From assembly GCA_022705505.1 (NCBI GenBank), contig JAKJEI010000001.1, positions 8,157 through 72,156 of the forward strand: DNA of 64,000 nucleotides, in the 5' to 3' direction. This document shows positions 9,233-18,375 of this stretch, in pieces. The notes below the pieces were generated by a model. That model searched no databases and was not told where the DNA came from. It saw only the letters and a list, made by a program, of their open reading frames with translations. Source of the DNA: Patescibacteria group bacterium. Its GTDB lineage: Bacteria > Patescibacteriota > Minisyncoccia > Phycocordibacterales > XYD1-FULL-46-19. Position 1 is the first letter of the stretch. Every line of letters starts with the position of its first letter. The position numbers were made by a program, and so were the translations under genes.

Positions 9233-10243
9233 ATGAATTTAGCCAAAAAATTACTGCCGTTGTTGGGCGGTCTGGTTGTCGGTCTGAGTTTAATTTTCTG
9301 GTTCTTTTGTTTTGCTTCAAGGCAAGATGTTTTTTTAAACGAAGAAGTAAAACTAAACCCGTCTTTTAAGTCTGAGGTTGAAACGGGAGAGGTAATTTTA
9401 TTGGCGGTTGGCGACATTATGCTTGACCGAGGCGTGGCCCAGCTGGTCAACAAAAAAGGCGGCGGCGACTTTGCTTATGTCTTTGAAAACATTCGCGCAT
9501 TAAAAGGCGAAGCCGACATTTTATTGGGAAATTTGGAAGGACCGGTTTCTGACCGAGGAGCGGATGTTGGCAATCTGTATTCTTTTCGGATGTCGCCAAA
9601 AGTTTTGCCAGTTCTGAAAGGAGTCGGATTTGATATCTTGAATGTGGCCAACAACCATGCCGGCGATTGGGGTGTGACCGCCTTTCTTGACTCGCTGGAG
9701 CGTCTTTCTGCCGCCGGCTTGGCCTACATTGGCGGTGGTTTAACCAAAGTTCAAGCGGAAAAGCCGGTTATTATTGAAAAAAACGGATTAAAAGTTGGTT
9801 TTTTGGGTTTTTCCGATGTGGGGCCAAACTGGTTGGCAGCCACCGAACGAGAGGCCGGCATTTTGTTGGCCGGTGATACCCATTTCAGCGAAATAATCAC
9901 TCAAGCGGCTGGTCAAACAGATGTTCTAATTGTCATGATTCATTTTGGTGAAGAGTACCAGGCGTTCCACAATGAGCGGCAAGAAAACTTAGCCAAAACG
10001 GCGCTTCAAGCAGGCGCGCGGGCGGTGGTTGGTCACCATCCGCACGTGGTTCAAGACGAAGAGAGCTTGGGCCACCAATATATTGCTTACAGTTTGGGCA
10101 ACTTTATTTTTGACCAGAATTTTTCCGTTGAAACGATGTCCGGGCTTGCCTTAAAGCTAAAGTTGAGTCAAGATGGCGTCGCCGGCGTGGAAAAATTGCC
10201 TATTTCCATAAATCATAATTTCCAGCCAAATTTTGCGAATTAA
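9233..10243 (+). CDS. CapA/PGA_cap family metallophosphatase-like protein
   Basis: N-terminal TM segment, then LLAVGDIMLDRGV...GNLEGP...NVANNHAGDWG...GHHPHVVQ, characteristic of the CapA (poly-gamma-glutamate capsule synthesis protein) family. Confidence 0.7.
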   Translation: MNLAKKLLPLLGGLVVGLSLIFWFFCFASRQDVFLNEEVKLNPSFKSEVETGEVILLAVGDIMLDRGVAQLVNKKGGGDFAYVFENIRALKGEADILLGNLEGPVSDRGADVGNLYSFRMSPKVLPVLKGVGFDILNVANNHAGDWGVTAFLDSLERLSAAGLAYIGGGLTKVQAEKPVIIEKNGLKVGFLGFSDVGPNWLAATEREAGILLAGDTHFSEIITQAAGQTDVLIVMIHFGEEYQAFHNERQENLAKTALQAGARAVVGHHPHVVQDEESLGHQYIAYSLGNFIFDQNFSVETMSGLALKLKLSQDGVAGVEKLPISINHNFQPNFAN

Positions 10244-10244
10244 A

Positions 10245-11264
10245 ATGAAATCTTTTTGGGGAAAATTGAATAAACCGTTTTTTGCTTTGGCGCCGATGTA
10301 TGATGTGACGGATGCTCCTTTTCGAGCGATGTTTGCCAAATACAGCAAAAAAGCCAAGGCCAAAGAAGTGCCGGACCTGGTGTTGTTTACCGAATTCGTA
10401 TCCTGTGATGGTTTGGCAAGTGAGGAGGGCCGGTCCAAATTATTGCGGGAACTTTATTATACCGAAGCTGAACGGCCGATTGTGGCGCAAGTTTTTGGCG
10501 CGCGGCCGGGGAACATGGAAAAAGCCGCTAGACTGATTAGCGAGCTTGGGTTTGACGGCTTAGACTTGAATATGGGTTGTCCCGATAAAGCGATTGAAAA
10601 GCAAGGCGCTGGCGCCGCTTTGCTTAAAGACCCAATCTTGGCGCGAGAGGTTGTCGCGGCTGCCAAACAGGGAGCAGGTGATTTGCCGGTTTCGGTTAAA
10701 ACTCGTTTGGGCTATAACAAATTAGATTTAGTTTGGTTAGAGAAAATTATCGCAACCAAACCGGCGGCCCTGACGGTTCACTTGAGGACCAGAAAAGAGA
10801 TGTCTCTCGTGCCGGCGCGGTGGTCTGATTTTCCGCCGATTGTCACGTTGGCTCACGAGGCCGGTTTGGTGGTAGTTGGCAACGGTGACGTTGTTGGGAT
10901 AGCAGATGGGCAACAAAAAGCGAACGCGAGTGGCGCTGACGGCATTATGATTGGCCGCGGCGCTTTTGGGCGGCCGTGGCTGTTTGCTGGTGGGGAAGAA
11001 CCCGTGCTTAAAGAAAAATTAAAAATATTGGAAGAGCAAACGGAACTTTTTTGGGATTTGTATGGTCCGACCGAAACCAACAAGAAACTTTTTGCCGGGC
11101 ACCAAAAAAACTTCGCGGTGATGAAAAAACATTTCAAGGCTTACGTCAGCGGCTTTGCCGGCGCGAGCAATTTGCGCGCCAAACTGATGGCGGCGGAAAA
11201 TCCGGAGGCAGTCAAAAAGATAATCAGAGAAGCCGAAAAAGAGGGTTTAGGTTGCCTAGTTTAG
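10245..11264 (+). CDS. dus: tRNA-dihydrouridine synthase
   Basis: FALAPMYDVTDAPFR...LDLNMGCPDKAI.KQGAGAALLKDP...KTRLG. The track ORF begins at a TTG at 10233; the ATG at 10245 is the more likely start. Confidence 0.85.
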   Translation: MKSFWGKLNKPFFALAPMYDVTDAPFRAMFAKYSKKAKAKEVPDLVLFTEFVSCDGLASEEGRSKLLRELYYTEAERPIVAQVFGARPGNMEKAARLISELGFDGLDLNMGCPDKAIEKQGAGAALLKDPILAREVVAAAKQGAGDLPVSVKTRLGYNKLDLVWLEKIIATKPAALTVHLRTRKEMSLVPARWSDFPPIVTLAHEAGLVVVGNGDVVGIADGQQKANASGADGIMIGRGAFGRPWLFAGGEEPVLKEKLKILEEQTELFWDLYGPTETNKKLFAGHQKNFAVMKKHFKAYVSGFAGASNLRAKLMAAENPEAVKKIIREAEKEGLGCLV

Positions 11265-11317
11265 AGTAAGGCATAAGTTCAACAAGTAATTGCAACACTT
11301 GGTAAAATATCAAGTGT

Positions 11318-12322
11318 ATGAAATTCAAACATTTTTCGATTGAGGAGCGTGAGAAAGTTCAAGAATTGCTTTGGCAAAAGATCTCAATCAGAAGTATCGC
11401 TAAAGCAATTGGTCGATCCCCATCATCTGTCTCAAGGGAAATTAAGCGAAACAATCCTCCATTGAGAAATCTATATACTCCACGACTTGCTCACCAAAGA
11501 GCTCTAGAAAGTCGCACAAATCGTGGCAGAAAAATGAGATTGAAAAACGGATTCATCCGCAGGTATGTCGCAGGTGGTTTGAAAGCAGGGCTCTCTCCCG
11601 AACAAATATCTGGTAGGTTACATTTAGAATACCCAAAAGAATCGATTTCATACGAAGCAATATACAGATACATATATTCTCAAGTTCACAGAGAAGGATA
11701 TGGATATATGAAATCTGGGTATCAGGACCTTAGAAAATATTTGAAACGCAGGCACAAACAGAGGCAGAAGAAAGGAATGAGAAAAGCACAGAGGATATTT
11801 AGACCAGAGATTCCTTCGATTGAGCAGAGACCAAAAGAAATTGAGACAAGAAAAACACTTGGTCACTGGGAAACTGATTCCGTGATTTCAAGGAAAAGCT
11901 TGGTTGGACTCAATACCCTTGTCGAAAGAAAAACAGGTCTAGTTTTCATCTCTAGAATTGAAAATTTAAAAGCCGAAACAACAAAAAATACAATTGTTGC
12001 AAGACTTAGTTCGCTTCCAGCTGAAGTTCGAAAAACGGTGACGTCTGACAATGGAAAAGAAAACTTTCTGTTTGACTCTGTGATGACTGAGCTTGGAATC
12101 ATGTGGTTCTTTGCTCATCCATATCACTCGTGGGAGAGAGGAACAAACGAAAACACCAACGGTCTCATCCGTTGGTACTTCCCAAAAGGCACAGATTTTG
12201 CCACAATTAGTGACGAAGAGATACAAGCGGTTGAAACCGCTCTAAACAATCGTCCAAGGAAGCGACTTGGCTGGAAGACTCCATTAGAAGCATTTAATGA
12301 AAGTGTTGCATTAACAGGTTGA
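11318..12322 (+). CDS. IS30 family transposase
   Basis: N-terminal HTH (IRSIAKAIGRSPSSVSREIKRN), then DDE motifs: GHWETDSV, TSDNGKEN, HPYHSWERGTNENTNGLIRWYFPKGTDF. Confidence 0.85.
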   Translation: MKFKHFSIEEREKVQELLWQKISIRSIAKAIGRSPSSVSREIKRNNPPLRNLYTPRLAHQRALESRTNRGRKMRLKNGFIRRYVAGGLKAGLSPEQISGRLHLEYPKESISYEAIYRYIYSQVHREGYGYMKSGYQDLRKYLKRRHKQRQKKGMRKAQRIFRPEIPSIEQRPKEIETRKTLGHWETDSVISRKSLVGLNTLVERKTGLVFISRIENLKAETTKNTIVARLSSLPAEVRKTVTSDNGKENFLFDSVMTELGIMWFFAHPYHSWERGTNENTNGLIRWYFPKGTDFATISDEEIQAVETALNNRPRKRLGWKTPLEAFNESVALTG

Positions 12323-12339
12323 ATGTACCAGGGCTGTAC

Positions 12340-12368
12340 TTGCATTTTTTGCTAAAATATGCTATAAT
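12340..12368 (+). promoter_or_regulatory. consensus sigma70-like promoter (TTGCAT-N17-TATAAT) at the junction of the two IS30 elements
   Basis: ttgcat at 12340-12345, a 17-nt spacer, then tataat at 12363-12368. It faces rightwards into the 3' end of the minus-strand transposase of element B. Confidence 0.4.
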
Positions 12369-12391
12369 TATAGATAGGAAGGGTGCCTCTC

Positions 12392-13351
12392 CTAACCCCT
12401 CAAGCCGAACACAGATTGATAATTTAATTCTAACTCATTGGCGGTGAAATAACCAAGGCATCGTCTGGGTCGGTCATTCAAGAAGGTATGGATTTCTGCC
12501 AATTCTTCTTGAGTCACTGAACCGATATCTCTTCTTTTGGCGATAAAACATCTAATCCACCGATTAGTGTTTTCCACCAGTCCTTTCTCCCAAGAGTGAT
12601 ATGGGTGACAGAAATATATGCTAACATTTAAGAGTTCCTCAATATTTTGCCATTTGAGGAACGCTATATCGTTGTCAGTGGTTAGGCTTAAAAGAGGTTG
12701 ACCACTGAAAGTTTGCCGAAGCGCGTCACAAATTGTGGCGTGCTTTCGGTTTGGCAACTTAATCAACCAACTTTTCTTCAAGAAGCGATCCACGATCACC
12801 AATAAAACCCGGGGGCTTTGTTTAGAAACGATAAAGTCCATTTCATAATGACCGGGTTCTGTCACTTCTGGTCGCAATTCTATATACTTTCGACCATCGA
12901 TTGGGTTGCCGTAACGGTACTGTTTGCGACCTGATTTCTTGTTGTGTCGGCTCCAAAACAACTTGTATTCCCAACCACGACTGCCAATGAACTTATAGAT
13001 GGCTTTGGTTGAAACTGTGATATTTTGTCTTTTTAAATAACCGCTCATTTGTTCCGGAGACCATTTTTTATTCAATTTCTCCTCTACAAAACGATAGAGA
13101 AACATATCCATCACCACTTTCAGAGATTGGGTTTTGGAATATTTGCGCTTCACATATGACTTGTGAGCGGCTTTCTTTGCTATATACTGGCCCTTGACCG
13201 AATTCCTTTTAATTTCATTGCTAATTGTACTTGGACTGCGTCCAAGTATGAGGGCAATACCACGAATAGTGATAGATGCCAAAAGCAGTTTTTCAATGAC
13301 GTATCGTTCCGCCAAAGATAAATGCTTATATTTGTTTTTAATTTTTGCCAT
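12392..13351 (-). CDS. IS30 family transposase (second, divergent copy)
   Basis: HTH (IRGIALILGRSPSTISNEIKRN), then DDE motifs: HYEMDFIV, LTTDNDIAF, HPYHSWEKGLVENTNRWIRCFIAKRRDI. Confidence 0.85.
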   Translation of the reverse strand: MAKIKNKYKHLSLAERYVIEKLLLASITIRGIALILGRSPSTISNEIKRNSVKGQYIAKKAAHKSYVKRKYSKTQSLKVVMDMFLYRFVEEKLNKKWSPEQMSGYLKRQNITVSTKAIYKFIGSRGWEYKLFWSRHNKKSGRKQYRYGNPIDGRKYIELRPEVTEPGHYEMDFIVSKQSPRVLLVIVDRFLKKSWLIKLPNRKHATICDALRQTFSGQPLLSLTTDNDIAFLKWQNIEELLNVSIYFCHPYHSWEKGLVENTNRWIRCFIAKRRDIGSVTQEELAEIHTFLNDRPRRCLGYFTANELELNYQSVFGLRG

Positions 13352-13452
13352 ACACCTATTTTACTAGGTGTTCGACTTCAAAGGTTAACTGAAGGTGGTT
13401 CAATCATAATCCCCAAAGATAACCCCCAAAACAAATACTTAAACAATCGCTC
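12392..13452 (-). mobile_element. IS30-family insertion sequence (element B, distinct sequence from A); boundaries approximate
   Basis: Second intact IS30-type transposase, oriented tail-to-tail with element A. It lies immediately upstream of dnaX. Confidence 0.55.
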
Positions 13453-14553
13453 ATGCCTGTCAGGGTGGGGCGATTTTCTTTTTCTTCGGTCTTTCGGTAT
13501 AATCTCAATATGTCTGAACAAACCCTCTATCGCAAGTATCGCCCTCAAAAATTTAGCGAGGTTCTGGGACAAGAACAAGTAACGCAAGTTTTGGAGACTT
13601 CGCTCAAAAATGGCGGCTTAGTTCATGCCTATCTTTTTGCCGGCCCGCGCGGGACGGGCAAAACCAGCGTGGCCAGACTTTTGGCCAAAGCTATCAATTG
13701 TTCTGAACGGGACTTGTTTGAAATAGACGGCGCTTCTAATCGCGGAATTGATGAAATCCGCGCTTTGCGCGAGGCGGTCAGCACCTTGCCGTTTGAGTCG
13801 CCCTATAAAGTTTATATCATAGACGAGGTGCATATGCTGACGAAGGACGCTTTCAACGCCCTTCTCAAGACCTTGGAAGAACCGCCGGCGCACGTTGTCT
13901 TTATTTTGGCGACAACTGAACCGCACAAGGTGATTGAAACAATTGTTTCGCGTTGCCAAACTCATCAATTCAAAAAACCGACTCTGGAAATTTTACAAAA
14001 AATGGTGGTTGATGTTGCCCAAAAAGAAAAGGTTAGCTTGGCCGAAGAGGTGGCTTCTTTAGTCGCTTTTCTTGGCGATGGTTCTTTTCGCGATACCTTG
14101 GGGATTTTGCAGAAAGTTATCAGTTATTCGCCAGACAAAAAAATCTCCGTGGAGGAGGCGCGGCAAATTACCGGCGCGCCTTCATTTGAATTGGTGTCTG
14201 ATTTTGTTTTAGCTTTAGCTCAGTCTGATCTGGAAAGCGCGTTAGCCAGTTTGGATAAGGTCGCTGAACAATCTTTGGAAATGAAAGTTTTTCTTAAGAT
14301 AGCAATGCGCGAAATTCGTTTCCTTATTTTGTCGGTCTTCGCGCCTCGCCTAAAAACAAAAGTGGCCGGGGAGTTAACAGCGGCCAGTCGGACATTTTTA
14401 AATAAACCAAAAGAAGAGGTAGTAACCGGCGCCAAACAATTAGCCTCCGTCTTGCGCGAATTCCTGGATATTTACAGCGAACTTAACGACAGTTTCATTC
14501 CTCAAGCGCCGATAGAGCTTGCTCTAATAAAAACGTTGGGCCAAAAGCCGTAA
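13453..14553 (+). CDS. dnaX: DNA polymerase III subunit gamma/tau, short form
   Basis: YRKYRPQKFSEVLGQE...AYLFAGPRGTGKTSVARLLAKAINC...IIDEVHMLT. The alternative start at the ATG at 13510 (MSEQTLY...) is more likely. Confidence 0.9.
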   Translation: MPVRVGRFSFSSVFRYNLNMSEQTLYRKYRPQKFSEVLGQEQVTQVLETSLKNGGLVHAYLFAGPRGTGKTSVARLLAKAINCSERDLFEIDGASNRGIDEIRALREAVSTLPFESPYKVYIIDEVHMLTKDAFNALLKTLEEPPAHVVFILATTEPHKVIETIVSRCQTHQFKKPTLEILQKMVVDVAQKEKVSLAEEVASLVAFLGDGSFRDTLGILQKVISYSPDKKISVEEARQITGAPSFELVSDFVLALAQSDLESALASLDKVAEQSLEMKVFLKIAMREIRFLILSVFAPRLKTKVAGELTAASRTFLNKPKEEVVTGAKQLASVLREFLDIYSELNDSFIPQAPIELALIKTLGQKP

Positions 14554-14599
14554 AAGCGGTTTGCGATTTGCTTGGGTTTAGCTTCTCAGTATCTCAGTC

Positions 14600-14710
14600 T
14601 CAAACCATTGCTCTTGGAATCTCGTCACCCTTATCAATACCATTACATCCCAGCACTTCTGCCAGACTTGTTCCAATTTCACCCATTCCAATTACTAAAT
14701 GTTTTGTCAT
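14600..14710 (-). pseudogene. 36-codon remnant encoding a Rossmann-fold N-terminus (MTKHLVIGMGEIGTSLAEVLG...), probable gene fragment
   Basis: Reverse-strand ATG at 14710. The GxGxxG dinucleotide-binding motif is followed by an early stop. It lies immediately downstream of the XRE gene. Confidence 0.3.
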
Positions 14711-14715
14711 AAAAA

Positions 14716-14922
14716 TTACTTCAACAGCTTGTCGCTGGTAACTTCCAGTGCAACCGCAATCCGCTCAATGGTTGCAAGAGTTGGATTTTTCTTGCCACTT
14801 TCCACATTACTCATATACGCCCGGTCAAGTTTGAGCAGACGACACAAATCGCCCTGTGTCATGCCATTTTCAAGACGTATCCTGCGGATATTCTCACCCA
14901 ATCTTTTAGCCGCATCACTCAT
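14716..14922 (-). CDS. XRE-family helix-turn-helix transcriptional regulator
   Basis: MSDAAKRLGENIRRIRLENGMTQGDLCRLLKLDRAYMSNVESGKKNPTLATIERIAVALEVTSDKLL. The track ORF extends to 15003, but that extension overlaps a tRNA-like fragment and is unlikely to be coding. Confidence 0.6.
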   Translation of the reverse strand: MSDAAKRLGENIRRIRLENGMTQGDLCRLLKLDRAYMSNVESGKKNPTLATIERIAVALEVTSDKLLK

Positions 14923-15150
14923 ATCTACAACTAACAGTATACGTGTATTTGTCTTTTGAGACAACGGTGTTCTATAGAACACATTTTCGTAGCCAAAAAC
15001 CACCTGGGACTCGAACTGAGAAAACCCTTTTTAAATATGGGTATTCTAATTTTGGGCGAAAACAGCAAAATTTCGAGCCCATGACTCGTTCAAAAACTAC
15101 GTTGCAAAATATGACGATTTTAGGAGACTCGGTCGGTCTCACATGACTGC

Positions 15151-15219
15151 TGCGGGACAGGGATTCGAACCCCGATACTCGCCTCCAAAGGGCGATGTCC
15201 TACCATTAGACGATCCCGC
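15151..15219 (-). tRNA. tRNA-Gln (anticodon UUG), 69 nt with a short D-arm
   Basis: The reverse complement GCGGGATCGTCTAATGGTAGGACATCGCCCTTTGGAGGCGAGTATCGGGGTTCGAATCCCTGTCCCGCA folds as a cloverleaf. The acceptor stem is GCGGGAT/GTCCCGC, the anticodon stem TCGCC/GGCGA with loop CTTTGGA, and the T-loop TTCGAAT. Needs confirmation with tRNAscan. Confidence 0.6.
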
Positions 15220-15343
15220 AATTACTTGTTCATTTTGCCGTAAAAGAGATGTTTTTTCAAGTTTTTGAGTGCCCTTAATTTTTAAGAGGGAAAAAAGGGA
15301 GCGAAAAAATTCTTTTTTGGAGTGAAGTTTTTGCTGACCCGAA

Positions 15344-15371
15344 TTGCAAAAGTGGCAAGCGGTGTTAAAAT
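15344..15371 (+). promoter_or_regulatory. candidate promoter TTGCAA-N16-TAAAAT with TG-extended -10
   Basis: Lies about 40 nt upstream of the ATG at 15409. Confidence 0.4.
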
Positions 15372-15408
15372 GTAAGTAAGTTTAACATTAATTTTTCAAA
15401 TTTTTTAA

Positions 15409-16323
15409 ATGAAAAAATTAACCTATTTTTTGATTGTTGTTTGTTTGGCAGCCGCCGGCTGGCTGGTCTACAGTTATTATTTTAGCAATGACCCGGTCGC
15501 GGTAACTAAGAAGTTCTATGGCGGTTGGCTTGCCGGTGATTATCGCCTTAGCGATAGTTCATATAAAAATATTGAAGCTTGGACAGACCAAATGAAAAAG
15601 AAAGCTGAGGGCCTTGCGGCTTCTTTTAATCAAGGGGGCGATGATCCGATTTTGTGCGCTCAAGACAAACCGGATAACTTTTTAGCTTACGAGGTGGGAA
15701 GCAATGAAGAGGGTGTCCGAGTGGAGGTGCGAGAAGATTTTTCCGGCACGGTTAAAACAGTTCAGGTCTCTTTGATAAAAGTTGGCAGCAAATGGAAAAT
15801 TGACGACATTGTCTGTAACGATAAAGCCGCGCCAAGTAATGACGAAGAACAAAACTTGGTTAGCGATTACATCAAAGAAAATATCTCGGAGCTTTCGCCG
15901 GAAAAGGCGGTTTTGGGCGGGACCTTCTCCGTGACGAGCCTTGTCTTTGGCGAAGGGCAGACCGGTGTTGTGGAGTATGAGGATGGTCACATTTTGTTGC
16001 GCGCGGGGTTTAAATATTCCATTGGTGAAAACAACGTCGTCAAAATTGAATCTTTTGAAGTCTTGCCGGAGGAAAGCGGCGCTTTCTCGGAAACTGGAAA
16101 TCTTGTCAAAGATGAAGGGGCGGATGGCTGGCTATTAGTTTATGAAAAGCCCGGGCAACCGGCTTTGCGGGTGATGTTGGAATTTGGTCCGAATAGTCGT
16201 TGCCAGGCGACTGACGGTCCAATTACTTGCAGTGAATGGGAAATTGGCGACCGAGCAAAAATTGACGGTCGTCGGCAAGGCAACAAGGTGGCTGTTGACC
16301 TGGCAATAGAAGAGAGAAATTAA
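15409..16323 (+). CDS. secreted or membrane-anchored hypothetical protein
   Basis: 304 aa with an N-terminal signal/anchor (MKKLTYFLIVVCLAAAGWLV) and no recognisable catalytic motifs. Confidence 0.5.
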   Translation: MKKLTYFLIVVCLAAAGWLVYSYYFSNDPVAVTKKFYGGWLAGDYRLSDSSYKNIEAWTDQMKKKAEGLAASFNQGGDDPILCAQDKPDNFLAYEVGSNEEGVRVEVREDFSGTVKTVQVSLIKVGSKWKIDDIVCNDKAAPSNDEEQNLVSDYIKENISELSPEKAVLGGTFSVTSLVFGEGQTGVVEYEDGHILLRAGFKYSIGENNVVKIESFEVLPEESGAFSETGNLVKDEGADGWLLVYEKPGQPALRVMLEFGPNSRCQATDGPITCSEWEIGDRAKIDGRRQGNKVAVDLAIEERN

Positions 16324-16340
16324 ATCAAAAATCAAAAATA

Positions 16341-16378
16341 GAAAGGCGGGTGAAAACAGTTGTTTTCACCCGCCTTTC
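16341..16378. terminator. 18-bp-stem hairpin (gaaaggcgggtgaaaaca / tgttttcacccgcctttc)
   Basis: Perfect inverted repeat 18 nt after the stop of the 15409..16323 gene. It is flanked by A-run and T-rich sequence. Confidence 0.45.
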
Positions 16379-16402
16379 ACAGTCATTGGCCACAATAAAC
16401 TG

Positions 16403-16726
16403 ATGACTGAAAAAAGTTATAGATTAGAGATGATATTATTGGCTTTTGTTTTAATCCTTTTGATTTTATTGACTTATGGTTATGGGATGTTTTTCTTAAA
16501 TTTTTATTGGGGGCAATCGGTTGTTCTCTCACCGGTTGAAGCGGAAGAATTGGCCGAACCGCCGTTTGAAGAAGCGATTTACTCGCCGGCGCCACCCGGG
16601 CGAGCGCAATTTATTTCACCCTTCAGTCCGACTGGCGGTTTGGGAGCGCCACCCGATTATCCTAAATTAATCAGGTTTGGTGACAACCAACCGAAATTTG
16701 TAATGTCCGGCGAACGTCAAGTTTAG
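16403..16726 (+). CDS. small membrane-anchored Pro-rich hypothetical protein
   Basis: 107 aa with one TM segment. Confidence 0.35.
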   Translation: MTEKSYRLEMILLAFVLILLILLTYGYGMFFLNFYWGQSVVLSPVEAEELAEPPFEEAIYSPAPPGRAQFISPFSPTGGLGAPPDYPKLIRFGDNQPKFVMSGERQV

Positions 16727-16790
16727 TCTGTTTGTTTGCCCAGACATAGCTCAGACTTAAGATTTAGATTTAATTTAACCTAAACTCAGC

Positions 16791-17441
16791 TTATGAATTT
16801 TCGTCAATGACGGTTGCTTTAATAACCCTGACTGTTTCAAGCGGTTTGTCATTTTGGCCAACTTTCACTTGGCCGATTTTATCAACTACTTCTTGCCCCT
16901 TGATAACTTTGCCAAAAATAGTGTAATCGTGCGGCAGCGGTGTGTCAGCCAGCATAATAAAGAACTGACTGCCGTTGGTGTTTGGACCGGCGTTGGCCAT
17001 GGCGACAACGCCTTTTTGATAGCCGGCCTGGTAAGAAGTTGTTTCCGGGTTTAATTCATCTTTAAATTGATAACCTGGACCGCCTGTGCCGCAAGGGCCG
17101 GTGGCCGGACGCTTGGATAGTTCCGGTGAACAGTTTGGGTCGCCACCTTGGATCATAAAACCATCAATGACGCGGTGAAAAATCAGCCCATCATAATAAC
17201 CTTCGTTGGCTAGTTTTATAAAGTTAGCGACGGTTTCGGGCGCGTCGGCTGGGTAGGTTTCAAATTGGATTTCGCCGAGGTTGGTTTCCAGCTTAATAAT
17301 AGATGATGTGTTAACGGTCGGTGACATAGGTTTGTTTTTATCGGGTTCTGTTAAATTGTCGCTTTGACTAAGGCTATAAATTACCATAACCAGAATTATT
17401 AAGCCGATAATAATAGCCAAAAGACTGTATTTTCGCCCCAT
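16791..17441 (-). CDS. ppiB: peptidyl-prolyl cis-trans isomerase, cyclophilin type, membrane-anchored
   Basis: [15 protein letters not shown]...GSQFFIML. An N-terminal TM helix is present. Confidence 0.85.
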   Translation of the reverse strand: MGRKYSLLAIIIGLIILVMVIYSLSQSDNLTEPDKNKPMSPTVNTSSIIKLETNLGEIQFETYPADAPETVANFIKLANEGYYDGLIFHRVIDGFMIQGGDPNCSPELSKRPATGPCGTGGPGYQFKDELNPETTSYQAGYQKGVVAMANAGPNTNGSQFFIMLADTPLPHDYTIFGKVIKGQEVVDKIGQVKVGQNDKPLETVRVIKATVIDENS

Positions 17442-17652
17442 AATTTTTAATTATTATTGCTAATGTTTTTATTATAACAGATTTTTTTGTTTGGTTTTAG
17501 TTCTGCCGCCAAGCCATTGAGCGTGGATGTCATTAGACTTATTTTGTTAGAAACTGCGGGCACGTCTAAGACCGCGTTTGTTCTTGGGGATAATTTTTGA
17601 CCTTGTTTCCTCTCGTGCTAGAATTAAACAAATTAACATTATCTACAAAAAA

Positions 17653-18375
17653 ATGGCTAAACTTATTTTTGACATTGAAACAGCCGGCGAAAGTTATGAC
17701 GAGATGGATGAGACAACTAGGGAAATTCTAACCAAGTGGATTAAAGAAAGTTGCGAGAATGAAGAAGAATACGAACGTGAGTTGAAAAAAATAAAAGACG
17801 GGTTGGGCTTTTCACCTTTAACAGGTTATATCGTTGCCATTGGTCTTTTGGATTACGAAAAAAACAAAGGGGTGGTTTACTATCAAGCGCCGGATTCGTC
17901 AGAAGAAGAAACAGAAGAGGGGGACTTCAAGTTTAAACCAATGTCCGAAAAAGAAATGTTGGAACGTTTTTGGCATGGCGCCAAAGAGTACGACGAGTTT
18001 ATTGATTTTAACGGCCGGTCATTTGATGTGCCGTTCTTAATCGCTCGCTCGGCGGTAAATAAAGTCAAAATTACCAAAGATTTGATGTCCAACCGATACC
18101 TGAATAGCCAGCGTTATGACGCCAAGCATGTGGATTTGTTTGACCAGCTTTCTTTTTACGGCGCAGTCAGAGGCAAAAACTCCCTTCATTTATGGTGCCG
18201 CGCGTTGGGGGTCAAAAGCCCCAAGGGAGATGGGGTTTGCGGCGATGACGTGAGCAGACTTTTTCGCGAAAAAAAGTATTTGGATATCGCGCGTTATAAC
18301 GTCGGTGATTTGGTGGCTACTCGCGATTTGTATGACCACTGGCAAAAGTATATGCGAGCTGAAAATAAGCAATGA
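17653..18375 (+). CDS. RNase H-like 3'-5' exonuclease family protein (YprB / PolB-exonuclease-like)
   Basis: MAKLIFDIETAG...; DEDD-like exonuclease N-terminus. The track ORF starts earlier, at 17578. Confidence 0.55.
   Translation: MAKLIFDIETAGESYDEMDETTREILTKWIKESCENEEEYERELKKIKDGLGFSPLTGYIVAIGLLDYEKNKGVVYYQAPDSSEEETEEGDFKFKPMSEKEMLERFWHGAKEYDEFIDFNGRSFDVPFLIARSAVNKVKITKDLMSNRYLNSQRYDAKHVDLFDQLSFYGAVRGKNSLHLWCRALGVKSPKGDGVCGDDVSRLFREKKYLDIARYNVGDLVATRDLYDHWQKYMRAENKQ

Larger units (their letters stand above)
11270..12390 (+). mobile_element. IS30-family insertion sequence (element A); boundaries approximate
   Basis: Contains an intact IS30-type transposase with a complete DDE triad and fills the whole dus-dnaX spacer together with element B. 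Terminal inverted repeats were not confidently delimited by eye. Confidence 0.6.

Noticed and set aside
12323-12391. Terminal inverted repeats of the IS30 elements
   Set aside because: Only loose similarity was seen between candidate ends (for example aagccgaacacag versus aagtcgaacacct). This is not enough to define IRs or target-site duplications without alignment to other copies.
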